This document shows, one piece after another, positions 39,101 to 50,505 of a DNA stretch of 64,000 bases; the first letter of the stretch is position 1; every line of letters begins with the position of its first letter. The notes below the pieces were generated by a model, which worked only from the letters and a program-made list of their open reading frames with translations, searched no databases and was not told the origin of the DNA. Position numbers and translations under genes: made by a program. The stretch is from Thalia democratica (lineage: Eukaryota): positions 21,390,001-21,454,000 of the forward strand of contig OZ241826.1 of NCBI GenBank assembly GCA_965202585.1, in the 5' to 3' direction.

Positions 39101-42100
39101 TTGCGTTTATGTACATATTTGACGTCACTGTAAAGTGACAATGACGTATGAATAGAACACACGGTTTTGTTTGTTTTCGTAGTTATGAGGGCTTTTATGA
39201 CGTCAAATCGTTTAGAGGGTTAAAGTGTGAACCATTATCTGTGAAGTAGTAAAAAATAGTTTGGTAATACAATTTGCATATTTGACGTCAATGTAGGGTG
39301 AGAATGACCCTGCAAAACTTAAATTTTATGTAAACTCACAACAATACAGACACACGTAAACCTAAAACTTTAAGTTCAAAAATGAAAAGAAGTTATAAAA
39401 TAATATTTGTAAAAGCATATGGTTTAGTTAAACAAATACCTCGGTTTTACAAAGGTTTAAAATCAGATCACTTTTTTAAACTTAAAGTTTTAAGAATTGC
39501 TAGTTATGTCAAAAACATATTTTTAATTTATTTAAAATTCTTTACCGATCAAAATTATTTTTAACTTCGTTCGACCAAATATAGTATATAATTAACTTAA
39601 AACATTATTCTAACAAAAGTTATAAATAAAGAAAAATAATTTTATAGTCGTAAAAGATTCATAACTTTTAACAAATCCCAGAGAATTAAAATAATTAACC
39701 TCTGTTTACAACAAAATTCAAAAAATAAAAAAATTACTAGATTAATTGTTTGTAATCGTTTAGCTAATCTTTTTGAAGGTTTATTTACAGAGTTATAAAG
39801 TTACTTAAGCTTTACTATATTAAACTAAAGTATTTAACAAAACTACGATAGGCTCAAATATAATATCATTAATTCGTGTTAGCAAGGTTAAAATGATGCG
39901 TTTAGTCTTAAAAGCTCTTTTTATGAACTGATAAGATTGTTTTATAAAAGTACTACTAGTAAAAATGTATTGAAATAAATTAAGTAACAACTTACATAAA
40001 GTTTGATAAACATATATACACGTTGTAAATGAAATACAAACTTCCTATGCTAAGTTTTAAGGTGAACATGCAACCAAAGTCAACATACAGTTATACAAAG
40101 AAAAGTAAATAAACAGTTTAAAACGGTTGCACTGTTCTAAACGGTTACGCAAATTAATCAATAATTTTAACGCCGCTTCTGCATACTTACTGTTTAAATC
40201 AAATACAATTGTCTACTAATCTTGTAACGAGATTAAGCTTAAGTTAAACAAGTAACAGCTAAAAAGGGGATTTTTGTTTTCCACTTTAATTATTGATTTA
40301 TTTTCATGGTAGCAATTCCAACTGCTTCTAGCTTATTATAATCTCTTTGTGAAAGTTTTTGAAACGAGTATTTTTGTTATATTTCGTTCTTTATGGTATA
40401 CTATATAAATATTATAGTATATAATTTTTAATGTTTTCCGTTAATACTTTTACTTAAGATAAAGTGTTATGCTAAGATATGGGAAGATAAAAGAAGTTCA
40501 TTAGATCTATATTTTTGACATATTATATATTTCTTCGATATATAGTTTTCTTTTCTACCAAAATAATATAATGACTGTTTATATAAAGCTACATAAATTC
40601 TTACATATATTTTACATAAGCAAAATATTTACTTGTAAGTAACTGTAAAACATAATTAATTTAGAAAACGTCAACATCACCAAGCTAATTAATCTTCATC
40701 TTGTGTTAAAAATGTCCAACTAACGCCAATGCAAAATGACATTAATGAACAGTATTATTAGTTTTACCTGCTGTCTAGACTTTAAATTGTACATTAGGCT
40801 GTCATTCAAAATCATCTGAATATTGAAACAAATCGAACTTTTTGAAGTAAAAACGAAAAAAAAAGTATATTTAAACAAACTTATACCAGATAGAAATCTC
40901 AAACTTAAACTTTTAAGCTAAATTTTTGGAATTCACAATTTGACACTTTGGTAAGAACTTATAAAAAATAAATAAAGTTCAAAGAATTGATTTAATATTA
41001 ATTTAATTAGAAAGTAAACTGATAACAGTAGCTTTTTCATAATTTTTCTCCTTGTTAGCTGTTTTGGCTATCTAAAGGCAACGAGCATAAAGAAAACGGA
41101 AACTAAAAGTATATGGGTAATTAACTATAAAAATAAAAAAAATAATAAACGAAGGCGATTATATTTTACAATTTTGCAAATTTCATAAAAGTTAAAATGA
41201 GTTAAGGAAACTCTGCTTTGTTTTTGTGCTACATATTTAGTAAATGCTGAAAAACATTTTTAACTATTAATTTATTTTATAAGACGATAATGTTTGAAAT
41301 AAAAGTAAATTTTCACTTGATGGATAAAAATTTAAATCAAAGAAAGTTTTAGTAAACTGTATTTTTAAAGTGTACTTTATACAAAGTGTGTATTAAAACT
41401 GATAAATTATGATAAAAAGGCTAAAATCAAGAAACAATATTTTGATTAACTTTTAGTTTTTTACTGATGTATTTTATTAAAACAGATTACCACTGCCATG
41501 GGCAATGGCTACTTTGATAAGACTTGGAGACACAGTTAAGGTTAGCAAAATAGTTTTTATAAGTTTAAGTTAAATGTAATGTTAATGAGTAAAGTGCATT
41601 TACTTTTGTTTTAAGTTATATAAATATACTTTTTATACAGTAAAATGTGGTGTACTTGACTAAAACCACTTGCCTATACTATTTAACTACAGTTTTCTAT
41701 ACAACTTAGAAATACTCGGAACTTGATAAAAAATCAATTCTTATTCCTAAAATTAGGTTAATTTCATTAGCAAATGTAGTTAGTTTTAATAAAAGCAGTT
41801 TCAAAACAAAAATACACGTAAACGGCTCTGACTGACCAGATGAGCAAACTAACATACAATAAAGAAGTTTAATGATGCATACATTTTTCAAAATAGGTAG
41901 AAATTAAGGTAGACTAATATCAATCTAGTACATTATGTTTAATCTTTATTTTTTAGTTTACAACAGAGCACAACCTTTCATATTTCAAAAAGTCCTCACT
42001 AAATTTAACAAAACAGATTATAATATTTAAACAAAGCTAACTAACAGCATAAACAAACCAACATGTATTCAGAGAGTTATGACACACATTTCTTTAATAA

Positions 42101-42599
42101 CAATATAGCAAATAACAAATCAGAATGAATCAAACGGGTTTTTCTGAAATATTAAAATACTTTAAGTACTTAAAGTTAACTAACATCACCTAACTAGACC
42201 TAAAAATTCAAGATTCTCTTTTTATTAATGATAATCAAAAACTAGTACTTGACAACGAAAAATTTATAACAATTAAATACTTTTTTATTCCTATGAGGTG
42301 GAGTCGAAATTATTACATAACATAAACCTAACTAACAGCATGAAAAAACTTTCATATAATCAGAAAAATTTATGACACACATTTCTTTAACAACTTTAAT
42401 CTAGGTGGAATCAAACGGGTTGTTCTGCAGCGTGCTCCTCCTGGCAATAATGCTGTTCATGGTGGTCACCTCCATCGCGTGCAACTCCTGGAAGATGACC
42501 GCCAAGCTGGGAGTCGGTCTCTTCCTCCTCTACCTCCTCTTCCTCGTCTCCTCCCTCCTTCTCGAGCTCGGCTACGTCGCGTGCCCCGTGCAGAGTTGA
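21064..42599 (+). CDS. slc24a2-like: K+-dependent Na+/Ca2+ exchanger (SLC24/NCKX, NCKX1/2-like), 16 coding exons, 598 aa
   Basis: join(21064-21199,22789-22877,24736-24865,27395-27564,30851-31003,31500-31638,32351-32450,32889-32956,34506-34573,35982-36036,36210-36247,36681-36824,38335-38424,38773-38939,41486-41540,42405-42599) = 1797 nt. All introns are GT-AG, phases are consistent and there is no internal stop. Motifs: alpha-1 [12 protein letters not shown], alpha-2 [18 protein letters not shown] (the Asp corresponds to the K+-dependence residue of NCKX2) and HTLDP. Exons 7-11 are supported only by splice signals and frame continuity. Confidence 0.93.
22789..22877 (+). CDS. NCKX exon 2
   Basis: [30 protein letters not shown]. 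Confidence 0.95.
24250..25020 (+). repeat. Splice-junction tandem repeats around NCKX exon 3
   Basis: Acceptor plus exon-start copies begin at 24259, 24368, 24479 and 24607. Exon-end plus donor copies end at 24945 and 25017. Confidence 0.92.
24736..24865 (+). CDS. NCKX exon 3 (alpha-1)
   Basis: [44 protein letters not shown]. Confidence 0.95.
26740..27394 (+). repeat. Splice-junction tandem repeats upstream of NCKX exon 4
   Basis: Copies of (TTTCCAG)|GCAC.ATAGT.GG at 26764, 26865, 26959, 27103, 27193 and 27280. Confidence 0.9.
27395..27564 (+). CDS. NCKX exon 4
   Basis: [40 protein letters not shown]... Confidence 0.95.
28100..28330. promoter_or_regulatory. Intronic CpG-rich regulatory island
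   Basis: TGACGTCA at 28154 and 28192, a half site at about 28220, and C/EBP-type TTGCGCAA at 28270-28277. Confidence 0.5.
30851..31003 (+). CDS. NCKX exon 5
   Basis: [23 protein letters not shown]...ISPMK. Confidence 0.9.
31500..31638 (+). CDS. NCKX exon 6
   Basis: DTEVSKS...[19 protein letters not shown]. Confidence 0.9.
32351..36247 (+). CDS. NCKX cytosolic-loop exons 7-11 (32351-32450, 32889-32956, 34506-34573, 35982-36036, 36210-36247)
   Basis: Short open exons with AG/GT signals and phases 1-2, 2-1, 1-0, 0-1, 1-0 that bridge exon 6 to exon 12. No motif support. Confidence 0.65.
36681..36824 (+). CDS. NCKX exon 12
   Basis: [19 protein letters not shown]...[12 protein letters not shown]. 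Confidence 0.93.
38335..38424 (+). CDS. NCKX exon 13
   Basis: [30 protein letters not shown]. Confidence 0.93.
38773..38939 (+). CDS. NCKX exon 14 (alpha-2)
   Basis: [56 protein letters not shown]. Confidence 0.96.
38940..39305 (+). repeat. Splice-junction repeats downstream of NCKX exon 14
   Basis: Exon-end plus donor-region copies end at 39055, 39134 and 39297. Confidence 0.8.
41486..41540 (+). CDS. NCKX exon 15
   Basis: [19 protein letters not shown]. Confidence 0.9.
42040..42404 (+). repeat. Splice-junction repeats upstream of NCKX exon 16
   Basis: CTAACTAACAGCAT...TTATGACACACATTTCTTTAA...AG|..GAATCAAACGGGTT is duplicated at a period of about 281 bp. A further copy AG|GTGGAGTCG is at 42298. 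Confidence 0.85.
42405..42599 (+). CDS. NCKX exon 16 (terminal)
   Basis: [13 protein letters not shown]...[12 protein letters not shown]; AATAAA at 42902. Confidence 0.95.
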   Translation: MESNGLFCSVLLLAIMLFMVVTSIACNSWKMTAKLGVGLFLLYLLFLVSSLLLELGYVACPVQS

Positions 42600-42949
42600 T
42601 CGTGACGTCGTTGGTGATTAAATGACGTCGTGTTTACAAAACGGGTTCACATTTTTGTCCATGTAACGAACATTGACGTCATTACATAAAGTTACACGGT
42701 TGAAGTGAAAAAAATTCGACAGTGTACGTAAGTTTTTCTTGTGAAGCTGTTCAAAACGTTTTAATCAAGGAAAAAAAAGAAAGCCGTCTTCATAAAGTAT
42801 TTGTCATCATATGTTAAGTTGTTTATAACTTTGAAAAAAGAATACATATTTTCTAATTAACACAGAAAAAATATGTAAAAGTAAGTTTTTGTTTGTCCAG
42901 CAATAAAAGCACTAAAATATTCTTTTTAAGTTTAATTACAATACAAATG

Positions 42950-42973
42950 TATATATATATATATATATATATA
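42950..42973. repeat. (TA)12 microsatellite
   Basis: Read directly. Confidence 0.95.
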
Positions 42974-45900
42974 ACAAATAGACAACACCATTTTATACTC
43001 AAAACATAAATAAATACAATTACTGTATCAACATAAAATTTTGTAACTAAATATTTTTTTTCACCATGTTGTTTTTTAACTCATAACTTTACATATGTTA
43101 ATGGTTTTAAATCTTTGTTTAAATTTTGCAGCAAAATTAGTTTTACTACTTTAACTAAATCTTATTGTATATATATTCTGTGTTAAAAGAACTAATTTGT
43201 TAGTTTTTTAAAAAAGTTGTGGGCTAGTTTTATTAAAAGCATGTAATGATTTACTAAATACTCGCGCTAGTATATAATTATTTTTGTTGTTAATAGCTTT
43301 ATTATTTTACCTCTTACTTTATATTGCGCTTAGTTTTTTAATAAAACACTTCATACGTACAGTTTTTTCCGTAAAAATAAGGAACCTATCTTTTAATGTT
43401 GCCTTTATGGTTGGTCGCGCTTTATATTTAAAATATATATACCACAAGTAAGTTTTGTTTTTGTAATTCAAAACTTTTTTTTACTGTTTAGTTTTTATAC
43501 TTGTTTAACTCACTAAAGGTCATTTAATGGTCTTTTATTATTTTCTATTGAAATTTCGCAAACAAAAGTAGCGTTTTATGTCATATTTATTTTAGTATTT
43601 TTTTGTTTTAACAACCTCAAATTTTTTGAACACCAACCGTTACAAAAATGTTGAAACAAAATGTTCTAAAAAATTATTGTAGCATACTTTCACAATTCTT
43701 GTAATATCTACTTCTGATGTAAATTTGTAAGCACTTTTGAACATTTGCACAAATATGTAATTTTGGTAGCTTTTTGACCTTTTCAAATGTTTTATCTATC
43801 GTTTTTATGCAAAAATATTATTTTAGGAAATTTTTATATTTTACGTTCAACAACTTTTGATTCATTTTGTTTTCACTGTTATAAATGAAATGTTTATACT
43901 ATCACTTTATTAAACCGTAGATTTACTTTCATAGATATTCAATTATCTGATAAAACAAATAACTTTTATATATACATACTTAATATTTGGATGTTGTTAA
44001 AAATTTTTTGATACATTTTGACGCTTGTAATTTTTTTACTGTTTAATAAATAACTACTCAAAAGACTTAATTGTAAAAAAAAATATTTTAATAAGTAAGT
44101 TAATTAAAGTAATAAATGCGTACATTTGAAAAAAAAACAAATTAGTATAAGCTTAATAACGATAAATTTAAGGTTTTTTTAACATAATTTTCATTGAAGC
44201 TTTCTAATGCTATTACAATAACTAAAACAATTTAGTAGTTACAAAAAATCAAAAAAAAAAATTTTTTGTTTCATTTTCGTTACTCAACATATGACATAAA
44301 AATAGTTAAAAACAGTTTTTAAACGATGAATTTTTTTTTAACATGTTATTTTATATTAATATAAACAAAAACTAATAGTATAAGAATTTAAAAAAACCTT
44401 TGAATAACAAAAACATTGTTTTACTAATTAAGCTTAAGAGTTATTAGAAACTAAATAAAATAACTTTAGTTATTTTGTTATACTTTGCCGAAATAGTATG
44501 TTTAGTCATAATAAATGCTACGTTTCAGATAAATTTCGTATTTAGATAAGTAATAAATATCTCAGCTATAACTTAATTGATATATATTAATTAGCAGTCT
44601 CGTATCAACTAATACCTTGTTTTCAAATGTTAAAAATCAGTTTTATGTTATATATTTGTATGTATATATATCTACTGTTATTAATAACAGGTACAATAAC
44701 TTAGAACGCAGTTAAACATAATTTATTATTAACTTTTTGTAGATTATGTAAAGAATCTTCAGACGTTATTCTTAAAACTAACAATACATATTAAAATTTA
44801 TTTTTCGATAACGTTAAAAACACAAAGTAAAAACAACACTTTGCAAATTTAAATGTTGAAGGGTATTTTGCATTCTAAGTGATTGTATACAAATAATATG
44901 AATTAGTTATTTAGTAAGATTTATAGTTTTACACATAAGCAAGGTTTTTATTATTTCAATGTACTTAATAAATTAATCATTTAATTAGTTTTTTAATTAA
45001 GTATTAATATTTAAACACACAAGTGCAAAAATTTATTTTACTAAGTAAGAAACAGAAAGGAATTCACAAAACAAATCATATATACTAAATTTGTTAACAT
45101 ATGTAAAAACTTAAACTAAAAACAGAGAAGTTGGTAGAAAAATATAAATCTAGGTTAGTAAGTTATTAAGCTAATAATTATGATTAACCACATTTAATGA
45201 ATTTTTACAAAAGTTCTGTTGATATGTTCATGTTATAGTTGACAGATCCTAGTAAGACTTATATAATCTTTACGATGTTGAAATAGGGTAATTGCTAACT
45301 GCAACCCGTAAGGAATTAATTTGTAGTCCGTAAGGTAACATTCTAGCTGATTATTTAACTTTTAAAAACAATCAATGAAAAATTATTTGTGATAAAAATA
45401 TTTTATTGGGCTTTTAATCTTATATTTAGTAAAGAATAATGCATATTGATGCCTAAACTAATTGGGCTAGCGGAAGACCTTTTTTTTTAAAATGCAGTCC
45501 ACAGGTAACTTAATCTAGAAAATCTAGCCGCATCGTGTCAAAGAATTTCGACCTCTTGTCTAAATGGCCATATGCATAATTTTACATTTATATTTTTCTT
45601 TTATTCCTGAACTTTAACACGTTTTCTATAAAAATGCTGTTATTTTATCTAAAACCAATTTGTAATGTACCGTGTTTTTTTAAGGATTTTTTTTATTTTA
45701 TAGGCTCAAGTTTATTCAATTATTCACTCGTTTATTTTTTAAGTCACTTGTATTTGTAATTTTTGTTGATCTAAACTTGTTAGATGTCTCTTAGCCGGGT
45801 TAACCGATGTCAAAAACAGCTCAAAAATCTTTGGACAATAAACGAATGAGACAATTGCATTTCTCTTAGTTTATCATTCCCACGTCATCAAATAAAAGTT

Positions 45901-48900
45901 CATTATCAATTCTATTTTGTTTCTTTTCTAGCTCGTTGGTCCTTGTGAAATACGTAAAGTAAATACTGCGGAAGTCAGTATATTCATTATCTTAAATACT
46001 TCAGTTGATTTGTTAGTGGATACTGCTTTTATATAAATTCTTACTAAACTATGATGCATGAATCAAAACTAATAATATATTTCTCGCTTTAAACCATAGA
46101 TATGGGTACTCTTTGTATAAATTTTATGTTTTCTAAGTTATTCAAGTTTAATATTCCTACTAAAATACTAACTAAACTTTCAGGTCTTGATTTACTGGCA
46201 ACGCTGTTTTAAAACAATAATCTGAGAATGATAGTGGACATCTGCATTTTAAAACTATGTTTATAGTTGCGTTAATTTTTCATTTCTATATAATCACAAA
46301 TAGGTTCTTTGAAAAAATGGAACAACCCAGATTTTGGTCCATTTTCCTTTTAGAGTTATTATCTCGTAGATATATTGTATAAATAAATATTTAAATTAGA
46401 GTTAAGTTAAAGTCAATAGTATCTTGACATAAAATAATAATCTGAGTATTTCATACTAGCCTTTTATGCAATAAAGAGTTTAGGATTGCGTTCCCATACC
46501 TTCCGCTAAATCTATCATGTCCTTAAAGTAGAATAAAGGCTGAAATGAATCTTCTTTTTATTATAAATGTAAGTATTTAGCAAACTCAAGCCATAAACCT
46601 ACTTGATAACTATGGAAGGTGTATAAATGTACTTTTTCAATGGTTCGTGGCATAGCTTTGTAATTTTTTAGATAAATCTTTCTTTATTTAGAAAACTAAT
46701 TTTCAACGGACCTTGCAAATCTCTTTTTTAATTCATCAAACCTTAAAAACGCATTATTTGTTCTTGGCTTTTTTAATTGAAAAATTTCAAAATAACATAG
46801 AACTAGTTCTACCAAGTATTCTTCTTCAAAATGGCTTTCTTCAAATATCGTGATTTAATAAAAAAAAGTATTAACTCGGTTGTTTTTTTAAAGGTAATAC
46901 TTCACTTTTTTTAGGTGTACTTTTTTTTATTTATATTATTTTATTATACTTTATATTTCCGGTGGGACTACATTTATCCTTAAGCTCAAAACAACAAAAT
47001 GAAATGGGTCAAATTAAAATGAACATAATATAATAAAGTTGTAAAAACTGTTGCCCAAAAATTATATCAAAAATAAAAGAAAACTTATGTTGTTTAAATA
47101 AAGCCTTGTTATGTTTATGATGCAATTTAAATAAAATAACCAATAATAAATGTAATACTGTTTATTACTAGTAAATATATTTAGTAAACACATTGGGTTC
47201 AAATCGCAATTATAAGTAAATAAGAAGTAATTATATCTATATTATTATATACATATAGTTTATTACAAACTGTACATTTAAAAAACAGTACAATTGTTCC
47301 ATATGTGCTATGCATTTAATCATCAGTTGTTTAAACTCGAAATTAGTGGAGTGTACAAAATTATATATGAAACAATTGTTCTGCTTTCTTAAATGGAACA
47401 TTTTGTAATAAATTGTTTGAAATTCTTTGAGTGGGCTCATTGAAAGTTGAACATGTTAACCTAGACTCTTTATACATATGTAAATTATAATTTATATCCT
47501 AAATTAATCTCAAAGTACCAATTTTTTAAATTTTCAATTCATTTTTAAAAGTTTATAAAGTTAACTAGAAAAACAAGCAAGCCTTAGCTCCAAAAATGTT
47601 TGTTGCTTTTTTTGTCGGAAAATGTTAAAATTATTTTGTAGAAATATCTAATACGACTTATTGAAAATCCGTTGAAAGTAATTTTAAAAGCTATGCAAAC
47701 AATAATTAAGTGTTTTTATGTAAAAATACTGTTTAACTGTGTTTATTTGGCTGGTTATTTTCCAACCTTACAAAATCTGATTACAGAAAACATTTGAATC
47801 ACTTTACTCTATACTTTTTATTTAATTTCATCTCTAAATGCTTTAGAATATTAGCTTTATGTCCTCAAATTTGTGTCCTTAATCTGACAAGGCATGATGG
47901 CAAAGCGGTCCAAATGATAGCTTTGAATTTTTTTTCATCTGAACGTTGTAAGATCGATAACTCAGTGGTCGACAATATTGAAAAATAAAACTTACATCAA
48001 AAAAATTTTTTCTACATACTACAGCAAACCCGCTGTCATAAACAAATTCTGTTAGAAAAACAAATGCTGTAGTACTCTTCATAATCATTATTTAGAAAGT
48101 GTTAAAATTTGATATAAACACATAGACAAACTTAAAAAGGTTAACTATATATTACTTTTAGTTAAGGTGTTTTGTGATTTATAATATTTTTTCGGCAATA
48201 TATGTTTTCTTTATACTCAATTGATACAAACAAGTAATACTAAAAACTAATCCTCTTAAAAGGTATTTCTTCATAACTTTTTCTATTCACTTAAAATTTT
48301 AAGAACATAGATTTAAAACTAATCAACACAAAATTACAAAACTTATATTTGTAATGCATTCTAATATATAATGCTAGTTTGAAAGAAAATCAAATATAAA
48401 CTTTTGCAAACCAAACTTTAACCAGATAACAGAAACATGTTGTTGTACAATTATTTAAATAAAACTATTAGTGCTTTTTTAATTATTTAAATAGACTTTT
48501 TTTTAGCTAAATTTCTAAACATTTGAAATTTAGTTATTATGTATAAAATATTAAATATTTATTAAAAATTTAAAGTTTTGAATACTATTGTTATGGATTA
48601 AATTTTTTTAGGTAGAGCTTTAAGCTCTTCTTTTAAAGAATTAATAATTTTAATTTTTCTATACATAGTAAGTTTAGTAACAGTTAATCTACTTTTATAA
48701 AGGTTGTTATGTTTTGTTAAAGATAAAACGTGTAACCATATAAATAAAACTTAAATAGACTTTATTCATCTAAATTAAATGAAAATATAACTTTAAAAGA
48801 CTATAAATTAAAAAAAATTAATCACAAAGAAAATATAAGTATACATTTGAAAAATAATTTTTCTGAAAATAATTACACAAACAAAAAGTACAGTTGAATT

Positions 48901-49174
48901 ATAAAAGAATAGTTTTTAGTTTAAATTCAAACACATGTTCTTAAGATATTTTGATATACTATTTTTATAAAGTATTACACAAAACTACATTGTATAGAAA
49001 ATTTATTGAGAAAATTTGTATCAATTAGTTATAAAAGCTAATCTAGTTTATGTATAAGCTTAAAACATGAAATATTTATTTAAACTTATTTTAGATAATA
49101 ATGTATTTATATATTCACATAAAAAGTATTTTCGACAAAGGTATTTTTCTATATTTAAGCTTTTTGTGTTAAAA

Positions 49175-50505
49175 GAGTGACTTTTTAGCACGAAATGACA
49201 ATTTAGCACAAAAAAAAATTTTGCACAGAGTGTCTCTTTTAGCGCTGTGTAACTTTTGCATGGGTTGACACTTTCGTACAGAAGCTATTTTGTACGACTC
49301 CTTTCTTAAGCATATATAAAATTTGAACTTTAAACTTTAAAATATAAAAACAAACAAAGCAGTGTGCAAACTGAAATTTAACAAGCTTTGAATGTGTTAC
49401 AAGTTCAAGCTTCAACTAAAACTTCATGCTTGAATGGTTTTACTAGTTGTTTTAAAATAAACCTTACTTTTTTACTGATAATTTAAAAGAAAAAAGAAAA
49501 ATTTTGATAACTTATTTTACTTATGAATGTCAACGGAGATATTTTGATGTTTCTAGCTTTTTTAAATCAAACTATTTTTATAAAACTATCTATAAACATG
49601 AGCTCTAGATTTCCTAGACTTTTTTTAATAAGCTCAAATCATTTTTAGTTATGCAAAACTTTAAGCATAATTCTTTTTAAATGTTAAAAAAACTAAAAAA
49701 TAAATATTAATAAGCTAATTACGCTTGTTTTTGAAAACTCTGAAAATTTGACAATCTTTAAATGTTTACTTAATTTATTTTTGAGTTTATAATTTTTGAA
49801 ATATAATTTTTCAAAAGGATTTTAAGTTCCTAATAGTTTTATTATGTTTAAGTTTCGTAATTTTTTTGGTACTTATCTATGTGCTTTATAATTTATATAC
49901 AGCTATATACTACAAGGGTAAATATATTTGATTTAATAATTTTTCCTTTTGTTTAGTTTTTTTGCTATTTTTAGTATTTTAAAACTTTAAGACACTGCTT
50001 AGTTTAAAGTCCTACTTGTAAAAACTTTAATTTAAATCGTTTAAAGTGAACTCTTTCAAAACTCATTTTGTTATCCATAAGATAGTACTGATTTTTAGCT
50101 TGTTGCAACAGCTTTTTAGTTGTTGACTAATTAAAAACAATTTACATGTGCAATTTAAATTTTTTTATTTTACTGTATTATAATTTGTATACTTATAATA
50201 TACTTATAAGTGTGTAGGGATAAAGAAGTTTGCTTAACTCAAAAAGTTTGCGTACTCACAAGGATGTTGACTGTATTAAGTTAAGTTTTAAACATGATTT
50301 TTTTTAATAAAGTCGGAATTACTTAAAAAAAGTATTGATTGCGCTTAAGTAAAGCTTCATGTAAAGGTTGCGCTCCATGCTTAAGTGTCTATACTGCGTG
50401 CAAAACTTACACTATGTGCAAAAGTGTCTCTGTGCAAAAGTGGAGCTGTGCAAAATCGACACTCCGTGCTTAAATGTCGCTCCGTGCTAAAGTGATGCTG
50501 TACTT
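49175..50505. mobile_element. Degenerate foldback/MITE-like element with subterminal tandem motifs
   Basis: The left end has TTTAGCAC/TTTTGCAC repeats and the right end has their complements (GTGCAAAA/GTGCTAAA), at about 17-20 bp spacing. No TSD was found. Confidence 0.5.
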
